The position numbers and the translations under genes are program-made. The notes under the pieces were generated by a model, which was given only the letters and a program-made list of their open reading frames with translations, searched no databases and was not told the DNA's origin. From Candidatus Latescibacterota bacterium (GTDB lineage: Bacteria; Latescibacterota; UBA2968), in contig OZ220741.1 in NCBI GenBank assembly GCA_965116885.1, positions 3,200,001-3,264,000 of the forward strand: a stretch of 64,000 nt of DNA. Reading direction: 5' to 3'. This document shows positions 1 to 10,545 of the stretch, piece by piece. Each line of letters opens with the position of its first letter. Position 1 is the first letter of the stretch.

Positions 1-842
1 ACTTCCATCTTGAGTTTTCGGTACCAGTTGTCCATTCGCCACATCAAAGGTGCGACCCATCCGAAACCGCCTTCGATTAGAACGATTTTTAAGCCGGGAA
101 ATTGCTCAAAAACGCCTTCGTACACATAGCTCGTTACCTGTGCCTGAAACGCCATGGGCATCCCCCCGTGGTCCTGAATATAATGCGCCGCCTTGCCCGC
201 GCCCGTAATCGGGCCAATACCCGTGCCACCAAAGTGAATGCCGATGGGGAGGTCGTAGTCAACGGCTGCCTCGTAAATTTTCCAGTATTTACGGCGGCCC
301 AGTGGCTCCATTGTGCGGGCCATGAACATCAGTTGTACAAATCCCGGGTGATCGCCCAGGCGTTCAATTTCAGCGACGGCGAGATCGGCGTCTTCATACG
401 CGACAGTTAGGGATGCGCGCAATCGCTCATCTTTTTCCAGCCATTCTGCTATTTGCCATTCATTAACCGCTTGTGCAATCGCCGCTCCGTATTCCAGGTT
501 TTGCTGTCCTCCAGCAGGCGATAGCGGGTTCAATATGCCGTAGTCCATTTCCCAGGTGTCCAGCAATTGTTCCTGCATAAAGCCCAGATGCGACCCAGGG
601 GGTCCTTCGGGGGGGAATGCATCGTTTCGCGCTGCAAAGGGCACAGCTCTCGGACAATTGGACCCGGATCGTCTGCGCCCTGCAATGCTCAAATGATAAT
701 CCTTCCAGGCACTGGGCATATAATCTACCCAGACCTCAGTGGCGGGGGATTGGTATCCATCTACATTGTGAATATCGCAATCGATTACCGATAGCTTTTC
801 TCTTTTTTTGATCTCTGGCTTTTCTAAAAGCGTCATTGCCAT
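1..842 (-). CDS. Amidohydrolase family protein (Amidohydro_2-like), truncated by window edge
   Basis: Not in the ORF track. Manual translation from ATG 842 gives MAMTLLEKPEIKKREKLSVIDCDIHNVDGY..., with the same IDCDIH metal motif as the neighbouring gene. GAGGAG RBS upstream; the frame appears to run off the left edge. Confidence 0.85.
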   Translation of the reverse strand, partial: MAMTLLEKPEIKKREKLSVIDCDIHNVDGYQSPATEVWVDYMPSAWKDYHLSIAGRRRSGSNCPRAVPFAARNDAFPPEGPPGSHLGFMQEQLLDTWEMDYGILNPLSPAGGQQNLEYGAAIAQAVNEWQIAEWLEKDERLRASLTVAYEDADLAVAEIERLGDHPGFVQLMFMARTMEPLGRRKYWKIYEAAVDYDLPIGIHFGGTGIGPITGAGKAAHYIQDHGGMPMAFQAQVTSYVYEGVFEQFPGLKIVLIEGGFGWVAPLMWRMDNWYRKLKME

Positions 843-854
843 AGCGATATCTCC

Positions 855-1922
855 TCACAATTTGTAAAACGCGCGTGCATTTTCTCTCAAAATTTTTTCC
901 AGTAGCGAATCGGACAGCCCTTTTGGAATGGCGTCATCCGGCCCGTCAAAATGCCAGTGCGGATAATCGGTCGAAAACATCAGTATTTCATCCGAGTCCA
1001 GTTGTCCAATCATTTGCAACAGGTGTTCGGAGTTTATGGGCGCGTCCATTGGTTGTAGTGTCATCCGAATGTGTTCTCGCACGTAGTCCGATGGCGGTCG
1101 CACGACCCAGGGGGTGTCTCGGCGCAGACCTTTCCACTCTTTGTCCATGCGCCACATCCAGGCAGGCATCCAGACAAATCCACTTTCGATTAACACCACC
1201 CGCAATTCGGGAAATCGCGCAAACGCACCTTCTGAGATCAGGCTCAGGACTTGTGCCTGAAAAATCTGCGCCATATCGGCACATTCTTCAATATAGGTCG
1301 AAGGCCAGCCCACGGGTGTGGGGGGAAGCGATGAAGCGCCGCCAAAATGAATGCCAATTGCCAGGTCGTGCTTTACTGCTGCCGCGTACATCGGATTGTA
1401 TTCGCTTTTTCCATATAGAGAATAGGAGCGAACAGGGAGTATTACCTGGACGAAGCCGGGATGATCGCCAAAGCGTTCAATTTCTCGCGCGGCGAGGATG
1501 GGATTCTGGCTGGGTACGACCAATGAAGCGCGGAGACGCGCGTCTTTCTCCAGCCAGTGATCGATCTGCCACTGGTTGACCGCTGTTGCAAGCGATGCTG
1601 CGAGGTCTTCGTTGTGTACGCTTTGCACCCAGTAGCCACAGGTCAAAATCCCCACTTCTACATTCCATGGGTCGAGTACCTGTTTTTGCGTTAGTTCCAG
1701 ATTGGAACCCGGGGGACCATTTGCGGGTCGAGTACCTTTCCGCGCAGATGTGGGTGCGCCACCCGGATAATCATTCGCGCCGGGACCCCGAAAATGGGAT
1801 TCGCGAATATACGCGACCCAGTGGTCTTCCAGATATGGGACAAGGGTTTCCAGAGAGGCAAACGCATTGTGAATGTCGCAATCGATAACGGGGCGGCCGA
1901 GCCCTGTAAAATCAGCGGTCAT
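855..1922 (-). CDS. Amidohydrolase family protein (Amidohydro_2-like)
   Basis: VIDCDIH, GIHFGG, IESGFVW and C-terminal FSTDYPHW motifs. Confidence 0.9.
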   Translation of the reverse strand: MTADFTGLGRPVIDCDIHNAFASLETLVPYLEDHWVAYIRESHFRGPGANDYPGGAPTSARKGTRPANGPPGSNLELTQKQVLDPWNVEVGILTCGYWVQSVHNEDLAASLATAVNQWQIDHWLEKDARLRASLVVPSQNPILAAREIERFGDHPGFVQVILPVRSYSLYGKSEYNPMYAAAVKHDLAIGIHFGGASSLPPTPVGWPSTYIEECADMAQIFQAQVLSLISEGAFARFPELRVVLIESGFVWMPAWMWRMDKEWKGLRRDTPWVVRPPSDYVREHIRMTLQPMDAPINSEHLLQMIGQLDSDEILMFSTDYPHWHFDGPDDAIPKGLSDSLLEKILRENARAFYKL

Positions 1923-1943
1923 ATTTTTCTCTTCGGGATGTGA

Positions 1944-3575
1944 TCATTGCGAGACGCCGCCGTGTGCGTCAAAAAAATCGAAAATAGACGGTAGGGCTGT
2001 GTACCATATCGTGTTGTGCGTATCGTCGGGATATTCGGTATAGGTGAAATTTGTCATATACTTTGCCAGCAGTTTTGCGGTGCGTCGCGCGGGTTCTGCC
2101 AGTGCGACCATGTCCTTTGCGCCTTGTGAAAATAGCACGGGTAGATCGGCATGCGGTTTGACGTGTCTCGATCTTACCCATCGTCCGCTGGCCGCGATTG
2201 GCGCGATGGCGGCGAATTTTTCGGCATGTCTCAATCCCAAAATCCAGGTACCGCCTCCGCCCATCGAATGTCCGGTGAGGTACACGCGCTCTGGATCGAT
2301 ATTGTAGATGGATAATACGCGATCCAACACATCCATGACATCTTGCCCGCCAATTCCGCGATACCCTGTAAAAGGCCCGCGTCCACTCGGCGCGACAAGT
2401 AAATATCCGCGTTCTTGTGATAGACGCTTACACAGGTTCTCCGTTTCGCCTCTTCTGCGCCGGTCCAACCAGGTGTTTTCGCTGCCAGAAGCGCCGTGAA
2501 GACCAATGATCAGCGGCCATGATTGATCCGGTGTATAGCCCTCTGGCACAAATATGCGATAGGGTACGAGTTGGCTGTCAACTGCTGAGCGATACGCGAG
2601 GTGAAAGTCGCCAGTGCTTTTCTTCAGGGGGTCTTTTCCCGCCAAAAGTGCCGAAGATAGGGTTTCGGCGAGATCGATGTCTGCCGGTATGTTAATCGCG
2701 CCGCGCCAGGTCAATCCTCTGCCACCACCGCGGTATTTCATGACCATAGGTTGCGCTGTTCGCCTGAGATCTCCCACGTATTTGGCGCGCATTTCCTCGA
2801 GGTGCGCGACGATATATTCGATTGTTTCAACGGCTACCCGCTGGGTCGTACCAAGGGAAGCGATATTCTCACTCTGCAAGGTTTTTAGCCGCGTTTGCAA
2901 AATTTTCAGGCGTGAAGACATTGTGTCTGTATGCAAAAAAGCCCGCGTGACTCTCAGCAGAAGTTTGCCCGCTGGATCGCGCAATTCATAGCGCACGCCT
3001 GCGCGTCCTTCGGGCAAACCCGCTGTTGATAAGGCGCTATCGAAAGCGCGGACAGACGAAATTGGTAATGTGTGCTCGTCAACTACGCCCTTCGTTCCTC
3101 GTAGCGATAGCCGCGCCGTATATTCGCCTGAAAGCGGCTGTCCCAGGGTAAAGAGGGGTTTCAGTTGTACGTGAAGTGTGTCGTCTGTGTTCGTGATGGT
3201 GCGATTTAATACCAGGTTGTAGCTTGCAGCGAGTTCTGTACCTTCGCCAGAGCTACTGTCTCGCGTCATTGCCATAAAGCGTATAAACAGGCGATAGGCG
3301 CGATAGTTGTCTTTTTTTTCAAAAGCAGCAAAAGCTGAATCAGATAGTGTCTGGAGGTTGGGCGGTACGCCCTCATCTGTTTCTTTCAGGCGGTTCAATG
3401 TAGAACGCGTGACCACTGTAAATGCGCGGGCATCTTCCCAGGCGATATCGCCGAGTTGCTCGCCTTCGAGTGTGGTGATAGAGGGCTGGGCATGGCCTCT
3501 TACACAGGTTCCTATTATACAAATGACACATATCGAGGCGTATTTAAAAAGAAGATGTGGGAAAGAGATGGGCAT
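1944..3575 (-). CDS. Secreted alpha/beta hydrolase (esterase / S9 peptidase / PHB-depolymerase-like C-terminal domain)
   Basis: Signal-peptide-like N-terminus, LHGASG, nucleophile elbow GHSMGG, later Asp (GAKD) and His (DTH). Start may be 3575 or 3614. Confidence 0.8.
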   Translation of the reverse strand: MPISFPHLLFKYASICVICIIGTCVRGHAQPSITTLEGEQLGDIAWEDARAFTVVTRSTLNRLKETDEGVPPNLQTLSDSAFAAFEKKDNYRAYRLFIRFMAMTRDSSSGEGTELAASYNLVLNRTITNTDDTLHVQLKPLFTLGQPLSGEYTARLSLRGTKGVVDEHTLPISSVRAFDSALSTAGLPEGRAGVRYELRDPAGKLLLRVTRAFLHTDTMSSRLKILQTRLKTLQSENIASLGTTQRVAVETIEYIVAHLEEMRAKYVGDLRRTAQPMVMKYRGGGRGLTWRGAINIPADIDLAETLSSALLAGKDPLKKSTGDFHLAYRSAVDSQLVPYRIFVPEGYTPDQSWPLIIGLHGASGSENTWLDRRRRGETENLCKRLSQERGYLLVAPSGRGPFTGYRGIGGQDVMDVLDRVLSIYNIDPERVYLTGHSMGGGGTWILGLRHAEKFAAIAPIAASGRWVRSRHVKPHADLPVLFSQGAKDMVALAEPARRTAKLLAKYMTNFTYTEYPDDTHNTIWYTALPSIFDFFDAHGGVSQ

Positions 3576-3729
3576 AAGTATCGCCTTTTTCTGAGTCAAT
3601 AAATCATTTGACAAAATAAGTTGCTATTGGGAAAAATGCAAGGCTAAGGAACAATTCCGACTTGTGCGATACGGAATCCCACTTTATCATGGTCTCTACT
3701 ATTGCCAATCTTATGCAAAGGAGAAAATA

Positions 3730-5262
3730 ATGACTTCTACTGTTCGCAAATCCATTGTCGCCCTGTTGTTATTGCTTCCATATCCCATTCTCGCAGATGT
3801 TTCTATGCCCGCGATTTTTTCAGATAATATGGTGTTGCAGCAGCAAACTGCAATATCCGTGTGGGGAAATGCCAGTGCGAATGAGGAGATTGCTATTGAG
3901 TTAGATACCCAGCGCGTGACGATCACAGCAGATGCGGGGGGTACGTGGCAGATTCACCTGAATCCTATGGAAGCGGGAGGCCCATATCAGCTCACCGTGC
4001 GCGGCGAGAATGTCGTCACTTTTAACAATGTGATGGTGGGGGAGGTCTGGGTCTGCTCGGGGCAATCCAATATGGCCTGGTTTGTCAGGCGTTCTCAAAA
4101 TGCGGAGGAGGAGATCAAAGCGGCAGATTATCCCAATATCAGGCTTTTTACGGTCAAACGCAGTGCCGCGCAAAGGCCCACGCAAGATGTTGAGGGCACC
4201 TGGAGCGTTTGCGATACGAGTAGTGTCGGCAATTTTTCTGCGGTGGCCTATTATTTTGGACGCCGCCTGCACAAATCTTTGAATGTGCCCATTGGTCTTA
4301 TCAATACATCCTGGGGTGGTACACCGGCTGAGGCCTGGACGTCATTGCCCGCGCTTCAAGTTATACCGGAGTATGCGCCGCTGGGCAAGCGCTGGGCTGA
4401 ATACATCGCCGCTTATCCAGAAGCACGGGAGGAATACCAGGCCAAGCTCGCCGTATGGCAGGCAAATACCGATAGCTTGCGCGCTTTGGGGCAACGCCGT
4501 CCGCGAAGACCGTGGCGAAATCCGAATAGTCCCCATCGCCCGTCTGTGCTCTACAATGGGATGATCGCACCTCTCGTTCCATATCCCATTCGCGGTGCGA
4601 TCTGGTATCAGGGGGAATCAAATGCTGGCCGGGCATATCAATATCGCGCGTTGTTTCCAGCGATGATTCAGGACTGGCGTTCGAGTTGGGGGCAGGGCGC
4701 ATTTCCATTTTTCTTTGTACAGCTTGCCAATTTTAGACCAGTAAAGGAAGATCCCGAGGAGAGTGCCTGGGCTGAATTGCGCGAGGCGCAATTGATGACG
4801 CTTTCATTGCCGAATACAGGTATGGCTGTGGCGATTGATATTGGTGAGGCAGACGATATTCACCCGAAAAATAAACAGGATGTTGGCTTGCGTCTGGCTC
4901 TGGGTGCAGAAGCTATGGTCTATGGTATGGATCAACCGCATTCTGGTCCTATTTATCGGTCTATGGCGGTTGAAGAAGACAAAATTCGCCTGAAATTTGA
5001 TCACGCGTATGATGGCTTAAAAGCAAAGGGCGACATGCTCAAGGGTTTTGCGATTGCCGGTCAAGATCGCAAATTCGTTTGGGCAGAGGCAAAGATTGAT
5101 GGCAACGATGTGCTGGTCTGGAGCAAAGATATTCAGCAACCCGTTGCAGTCAGATACGCATGGGCAGATAATCCAATTTGCAATTTGTACAATGGTGCAG
5201 ATTTGCCGGCATCGCCATTTCGCACGGATGACTGGCGCGGTATCACCGCTGACCGGCAGTAG
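3730..5262 (+). CDS. Sialate O-acetylesterase (SASA, SGNH hydrolase), secreted
   Basis: FSDNMVLQQ, CSGQSNM, WYQGESN and DIHP motifs; signal peptide; AAGGAG RBS before ATG 3730. Confidence 0.92.
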   Translation: MTSTVRKSIVALLLLLPYPILADVSMPAIFSDNMVLQQQTAISVWGNASANEEIAIELDTQRVTITADAGGTWQIHLNPMEAGGPYQLTVRGENVVTFNNVMVGEVWVCSGQSNMAWFVRRSQNAEEEIKAADYPNIRLFTVKRSAAQRPTQDVEGTWSVCDTSSVGNFSAVAYYFGRRLHKSLNVPIGLINTSWGGTPAEAWTSLPALQVIPEYAPLGKRWAEYIAAYPEAREEYQAKLAVWQANTDSLRALGQRRPRRPWRNPNSPHRPSVLYNGMIAPLVPYPIRGAIWYQGESNAGRAYQYRALFPAMIQDWRSSWGQGAFPFFFVQLANFRPVKEDPEESAWAELREAQLMTLSLPNTGMAVAIDIGEADDIHPKNKQDVGLRLALGAEAMVYGMDQPHSGPIYRSMAVEEDKIRLKFDHAYDGLKAKGDMLKGFAIAGQDRKFVWAEAKIDGNDVLVWSKDIQQPVAVRYAWADNPICNLYNGADLPASPFRTDDWRGITADRQ

Positions 5263-5286
5263 GTTCAACCTCTACAGGAGATTCCA

Positions 5287-6321
5287 ATGTCCGCTATGAA
5301 AGCAGCACTTTACAAAGGTATCCGCGAAATAGAATGGGAAGATGTCGAATACACCCCTCCGGCACCGGGGTATATCACTCTTCAAACGAGAAGTTCTGGT
5401 ATCTGTGGTAGCGATTTGCACAATTATTTTGGCGAGTGGAAACCCTCGCTCGAACGCGCCGCGGGGCACGAGTTGTGTGGCACGGTTGCCGAAGTTGGCG
5501 AAGGCGTTACGGGTATCGAGGTAGGGGATCTCGTTACTGCCGAATGTTTCTCGCATTGCGGTACATGCCACTACTGCGTTACAGGTCGCTACAACCACTG
5601 CGCCAATCGCAAGTGGTTTTCGGGCGAATCTCATGGTGGCTTTGCAGAATACACAACTGCACACAAAAATAGTGTCTTCAAATTGCCCGATATGACTTTT
5701 GAACAGGGTGCGCTTGTAGAACCCCTCGCTGTCGCGCATCGCGCACTCGCGCAGGCAAAAGCGTCTTATCAGGATCGGGTGGCCGTGATCGGTGGGGGAA
5801 CAATTGGTCAACTTTGCCTGGCGGTTGCCAAAGCTATTGGAGTGCGCGAAACGCTTATCACCACCAAATATTCGCAGCAGGCCGACCTCGCACGCGACCT
5901 CGGTGCGGATCACGTCGTCGATATTACGACGACCGATGTGAAGGATGTGGTTAAAGACCTCACCGATGGCATGGGGTATGACGCCGTTATCGAAACTGTG
6001 GGTACCGCGCAGAATTTCGATGATTCCATCGCGATATCGCGCCGCCATGCCATGATCGTTCTCGTGGCCGGTTATTTCAAGCCCCTCGAGGTTGACTTGC
6101 GCTCAATTGTCTGGTCCGAAGTCAATATCACTGGTTCCAATTGCTACGGTTTTAGTGGCATGCGTACTGATTTTGATGTCGCGATTGATCTCATTACTTC
6201 TGGGCGCGTGCAAGCTACGAAACTCGTCACCCATCGCTATCCCTTTGCCGATATCGCCGAAGCTTTTCACACCGCCGCTGATAAAAAATCCGGCTGTGTC
6301 AAAGTTCATCTCGTGAGATAA
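5287..6321 (+). CDS. Zn-dependent medium-chain alcohol/sugar dehydrogenase
   Basis: CGSDLH, GHE, structural Zn motif CGTCHYC..C, GGGTIG Rossmann motif. Confidence 0.92.
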   Translation: MSAMKAALYKGIREIEWEDVEYTPPAPGYITLQTRSSGICGSDLHNYFGEWKPSLERAAGHELCGTVAEVGEGVTGIEVGDLVTAECFSHCGTCHYCVTGRYNHCANRKWFSGESHGGFAEYTTAHKNSVFKLPDMTFEQGALVEPLAVAHRALAQAKASYQDRVAVIGGGTIGQLCLAVAKAIGVRETLITTKYSQQADLARDLGADHVVDITTTDVKDVVKDLTDGMGYDAVIETVGTAQNFDDSIAISRRHAMIVLVAGYFKPLEVDLRSIVWSEVNITGSNCYGFSGMRTDFDVAIDLITSGRVQATKLVTHRYPFADIAEAFHTAADKKSGCVKVHLVR

Positions 6322-6326
6322 AACCC

Positions 6327-7529
6327 ATGGGCATTCGTCTCGGTATTGTTGGCGTGGGGGCATTTGCACAGGGTTTTATCCCCCTGTTCAATGCACATCC
6401 AGATGTGGATCAGGTCGTGCTGTGCGATCTGGATGCTGAAAAACGCCAGAGTAATGCCGAAAAACACGGGATCGTGCAGACGTCGCCTTCTCTCGATGAT
6501 CTGTGTGATACCGATGTTGATGCTATCGCGCTTTTTACCCAGAACTGGTTGCACGGGCCGCAGGCAGCGCAAGCACTTCGCGCGGGGAAACACGTCTATT
6601 CAGCCGTGCCACCGGGCATGGCACTCGATGAACTTCGCGCTATTGTCGAAGCTGTGCGGGAAACGGGTAATATCTATATGCTCGGTGAAACGAGTTACTA
6701 CTATCCGGCAGTTATCTACTGTCGGCAGCGATTTCGCGAGGGCGCGTTTGGCGATGTTGTGTACGCCGAAGCCGAGTATTATCACGACTGGGATCACGGT
6801 CTGTACGCTGTTGCAAAGTGGCGCGGCGGAGAAAATTGGCGCGAAACCGCTGGTGTGCCGCCCATGTTTTATCCCACCCATTCGACGAGTCAGATTCTCT
6901 CTATCACGAGCGCGCGTATGACCCATGTTTCATGCCAGGGCTTTACAGATCGCCACGAAGATGGAATCTACGCATCAAATAAGTGGCATAATCCGTTCAG
7001 CAATGAATCTGCGCTGTTCAAGCTGTCCGATGGCAGCACCGCGCGCATCAATGAATTTCGACGTGTTGGTCATCCGGGGGCGGTGCGTATGACGATGTTT
7101 GGCACACAGGGCAGCTTTGAACACAATGCCTCGGGTGCGGTCTGGCTCACAAAAGATCGGTCTGAACGCGAATCTCTCGACGCGCAACTCACCTGCCGAG
7201 TAGCGGCAAGGCGCGTTGAGGGCGATATGGATAAGGTTACCGCAGACGATGGGACGCATCACTCTGTCGCGCCCATTCATCCGGCTCACCGTTTGCCCGA
7301 TGCATTTAGAGGTTTGTCCAATGGTCACAATGGGTCACATCAGTTTCTGGTTGACGATTTTGTTCGCGCCTGTGTCTCGGGCAAGACGCCGCCGAACAAT
7401 ATTTACGAAGCTGCGCGCTATATGATCCCCGGCCTCATTGCCCACGAATCGGCCCTCAAGGACGGTGAATTGCTCGAGATTCCCGATTTGGGCGATCCGC
7501 CCACAGATAATCGTCTGGAACTCGATTGA
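6327..7529 (+). CDS. Gfo/Idh/MocA family oxidoreductase
   Basis: GIVGVG, AGKHVYSAVP, YPTHS and GHNGSH motifs. Confidence 0.88.
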   Translation: MGIRLGIVGVGAFAQGFIPLFNAHPDVDQVVLCDLDAEKRQSNAEKHGIVQTSPSLDDLCDTDVDAIALFTQNWLHGPQAAQALRAGKHVYSAVPPGMALDELRAIVEAVRETGNIYMLGETSYYYPAVIYCRQRFREGAFGDVVYAEAEYYHDWDHGLYAVAKWRGGENWRETAGVPPMFYPTHSTSQILSITSARMTHVSCQGFTDRHEDGIYASNKWHNPFSNESALFKLSDGSTARINEFRRVGHPGAVRMTMFGTQGSFEHNASGAVWLTKDRSERESLDAQLTCRVAARRVEGDMDKVTADDGTHHSVAPIHPAHRLPDAFRGLSNGHNGSHQFLVDDFVRACVSGKTPPNNIYEAARYMIPGLIAHESALKDGELLEIPDLGDPPTDNRLELD

Positions 7530-7575
7530 TCAGTTGTGGGGAGAGTAGAATTCATCCATAAACAGGGAGTTGGCC

Positions 7576-8313
7576 ATGTCTTATTTTTCTAATGAAGAAA
7601 AAGCCTTTTTTAAAAAAAATGGCTATGTTGTCAAACCCGACCTGATTGCTCCAGAGCTACTCAAAAATGCGCGGGATGCCGTGTGGGAATATATCGAGGC
7701 GGATCGCGATGATCCTCAGACATGGATCAATGCGGGGCCAAAAGGCAATCTGCCGTGTAGCGACCATCCCGCAGTCGCGGCTATGAGGACAGACACACCG
7801 CTTTACGACATGGCCGAAGAACTCGCGGGTAAGGGACGTCTTCGCCCGCCTGGCAATGGGCTATGTAAGATGATCTATCCTTGTGGTCATACAGATTGGC
7901 AGCCTCCGAGAGGGCATCTGGATGGGTATCTTATCGAAGGTGTGGCGGATACTTTCACCGTTGCCGTTACCATTAATATCGGCGATGTTTTACCCCGCGG
8001 CGGTGGTTTTACCACATGGGCGGGGGCACATCTCAAGGTTGCCCGATACTTTCAGGGGCATGCGCTGACTAATTTGAGTGGTCTCAAAGTGCCCGGTTTT
8101 TTACATCCCGATACGCGCTATGAACACGCCGCACCTGCGGGTACGGTTTGCTTTTGGCACCACTATATGTTGCACACGGCCAGTATGAATTGTCGGACAG
8201 ATATCCGCATGGCGATTGTCAATCGCTTTGCTTTCAAGAATCTGAGCGATATCCTGTTCGATCTGCCCTTCGATCTGTGGGATCACTGGGAAGGCTTGCG
8301 CGATATCAACTGA
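7576..8313 (+). CDS. Phytanoyl-CoA dioxygenase (PhyH)-like Fe(II)/2OG oxygenase
   Basis: FKKNGYVV start, HLD iron motif, distal His (LHTAS), downstream Arg. Confidence 0.8.
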   Translation: MSYFSNEEKAFFKKNGYVVKPDLIAPELLKNARDAVWEYIEADRDDPQTWINAGPKGNLPCSDHPAVAAMRTDTPLYDMAEELAGKGRLRPPGNGLCKMIYPCGHTDWQPPRGHLDGYLIEGVADTFTVAVTINIGDVLPRGGGFTTWAGAHLKVARYFQGHALTNLSGLKVPGFLHPDTRYEHAAPAGTVCFWHHYMLHTASMNCRTDIRMAIVNRFAFKNLSDILFDLPFDLWDHWEGLRDIN

Positions 8314-8324
8314 AAGGATGCCGT

Positions 8325-9296
8325 ATGGCACGAATGAAACGACTTGAAAAGCTCGATGGCTTCGCCAATGTGCAGATGGTCGAAGTCGAACGGCCAGAAC
8401 CCGGTCCCGATCAGATGCTGATTGAGGTCAAGCGCAGCTTGATCAGCAGGGGGTCGGAGCTATTTTGGCGATACGTCCGGGAAGAGGCGGTAAGTCCTGA
8501 AATGATGGGGTATTCCGACGCGGGTGAGGTCGTGGGCGTGGGGGCTAATATCCAGGATTTCGCAGTGGGACAGCGCGTCATGGCGAATACCCCGCACGCT
8601 CAGTACGTCATTGCCGGCGAAACGGAAAGATCCCGGCGCGCTTTCCTCCTTCCAGACGAACTCAGCTATGAGACCGCGACCTTTCTCCCACTCGCGACCA
8701 GTTCTGTGATGTGGATGCGCACTTCGCCAATAGAACCCGGGCAGACCGTTGTCGTGCTCGGTCAGGGGATTGTAGGTGCGCTGTGCGCTCAGATCGTCTG
8801 GGAACGCGATCCCGGACGTGTGATCGTCGTCGATGCACAGCCTCTCCGATGCGATATCGCGCGGAAACTGGGGCACGAGAATGTGATCGATGTCTCCCAG
8901 ACCGACTCTGTGGCAGCAGTCAAGGAACTCACAGATGGCAAGGGTGCCGACCTCGTCGTCGAGTGCGTCGGTGGCTACGCTGGCATCCAGTCCTTCGAAC
9001 AAGCTCAGAAGATGCTCGCACCCAGGGGAACGATTCACCTCATCGCGAAGTATCAAGGTGCGCCATTGCCCCTGGTAGGGGACGCGTTCATGAACAAGCA
9101 GATCATCGCGGGCATCCGCATCGACACACCGAGAGAGGCGTGTATGCAGGATGCAGCCCAGATGCTAATCGACGGACGGGTCAAAGTCGCCGAACTGATT
9201 ACCCACAGACTCCCCTGGGAACAAACTCCGGATGCGTATCACCTGCTCTATCACAAGCCGGACGAAGCACTCGGCGTTATTCTGGAGTGGGATTGA
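8325..9296 (+). CDS. MDR family dehydrogenase lacking canonical Zn ligands
   Basis: SLISRGSE and GYSDAG in place of C/GHE; GQGIVG; ITHR. Real start is ATG 8325 after GAAAGGA. Confidence 0.85.
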   Translation: MARMKRLEKLDGFANVQMVEVERPEPGPDQMLIEVKRSLISRGSELFWRYVREEAVSPEMMGYSDAGEVVGVGANIQDFAVGQRVMANTPHAQYVIAGETERSRRAFLLPDELSYETATFLPLATSSVMWMRTSPIEPGQTVVVLGQGIVGALCAQIVWERDPGRVIVVDAQPLRCDIARKLGHENVIDVSQTDSVAAVKELTDGKGADLVVECVGGYAGIQSFEQAQKMLAPRGTIHLIAKYQGAPLPLVGDAFMNKQIIAGIRIDTPREACMQDAAQMLIDGRVKVAELITHRLPWEQTPDAYHLLYHKPDEALGVILEWD

Positions 9297-9323
9297 TCTG
9301 ATTTTGAGCAGGGAGGAGACACT

Positions 9324-10520
9324 ATGAAGAAACTTCGATTGGCTGTTGTGGGGTGCGGTGCTTATGAAAGTTCCCGCGCCCGCGGATATATCGCGACGAT
9401 GGTCAAGCTGACCGATCTCTACGATTTGTGCGCGATCTGCGATCATAGCGAGCAGTCGTTACAGGTTGTTGGCGAGCGTTTTGGCGTTGATGCGCGATAT
9501 ACCGATTTTGAATCTATGCTCGATCGGGAAAAGCCAGATGTGGTTTTTATTCTCGTTCCCACAGATGGACAGGCGGTTATGGCTTTGACGGCTATTGAGC
9601 GCGGTTGTCATATTATCACGGAGATTCCGTATGCCCACACGCTGGCAATTGGCGATGCAATTGATCGGGCGTGCCGGGATAGAGGGGTTGTTTGGGAGGT
9701 CGCTGAAAATGTCTGGCTCTGGCCCCAGGAACAATTAAAACAAAAGATCGTTAGAGAAGGGTTGCTTGGGAAACTGACGCATGCGCGTCTGTGGTACACC
9801 TCTGGTAGCTATCACGGGATCAACGGGGTCAGGATGATTCTCGACAAGGCCGCGACCCGTGCCCTGGGCTATGCACAATCGGTAGAGGTGTTGCCATATA
9901 GCAATTATGGCGGGGTGGAGGAAACGAGCCGATGGTGGGAGAGTGCTGTTGTCGAGTTTGAAGATGATGTGGTCTGTCTATACGAAATGTCGCCTGCCGG
10001 TGCGCGTGGCAATTTCTGGGATGTCGAAGGGGTGGAAGGGCATCTTTCGGGCCATGAGTTGGTGCTTTATGGCGGCGGTGAACGCGCATCTTATCCGATT
10101 CGGGAGGTGTTTGAGGAGATTGACGGCGAGCAGGTTCTCTCGGCCGTTCGCGTGGATACCGATCCACCGGTTGTCTGGGAGAATCCATTCAAGTACCAGA
10201 AGGTTTCCCATACGGACGATGTGGCTAAAGCCGCGATTCTCGATAGCCTTCACAGGGCAGTGACAGAGGGAGCAGAACCGCAGTACAGTCCCGCAAATGC
10301 ACGCAGGGATCTGGAGATCTGGATTGCGATTCGCGAGAGTGCGAATAGGGGGAGTGTCTGGATCGACCTTCCGCTGACAGAAGAGACGGATCTCGAGCGA
10401 CGATTTGAAGCCGAATTTGTTCGGCAGTACGGCGGTCATCCCATTACAGATCGCAAGCGTCTGCTGAATGCGCCTTTCCAGCGTCTCAGTCCACTGTGGA
10501 CCGTGGCCGGTTGGTTGTGA
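9324..10520 (+). CDS. Gfo/Idh/MocA family oxidoreductase
   Basis: LAVVGCG, HIITEIP, VAEN, SYHG; GGAGG RBS. Confidence 0.85.
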   Translation: MKKLRLAVVGCGAYESSRARGYIATMVKLTDLYDLCAICDHSEQSLQVVGERFGVDARYTDFESMLDREKPDVVFILVPTDGQAVMALTAIERGCHIITEIPYAHTLAIGDAIDRACRDRGVVWEVAENVWLWPQEQLKQKIVREGLLGKLTHARLWYTSGSYHGINGVRMILDKAATRALGYAQSVEVLPYSNYGGVEETSRWWESAVVEFEDDVVCLYEMSPAGARGNFWDVEGVEGHLSGHELVLYGGGERASYPIREVFEEIDGEQVLSAVRVDTDPPVVWENPFKYQKVSHTDDVAKAAILDSLHRAVTEGAEPQYSPANARRDLEIWIAIRESANRGSVWIDLPLTEETDLERRFEAEFVRQYGGHPITDRKRLLNAPFQRLSPLWTVAGWL

Positions 10521-10545
10521 TGCAAATTACTCAGATCGGAGAGAT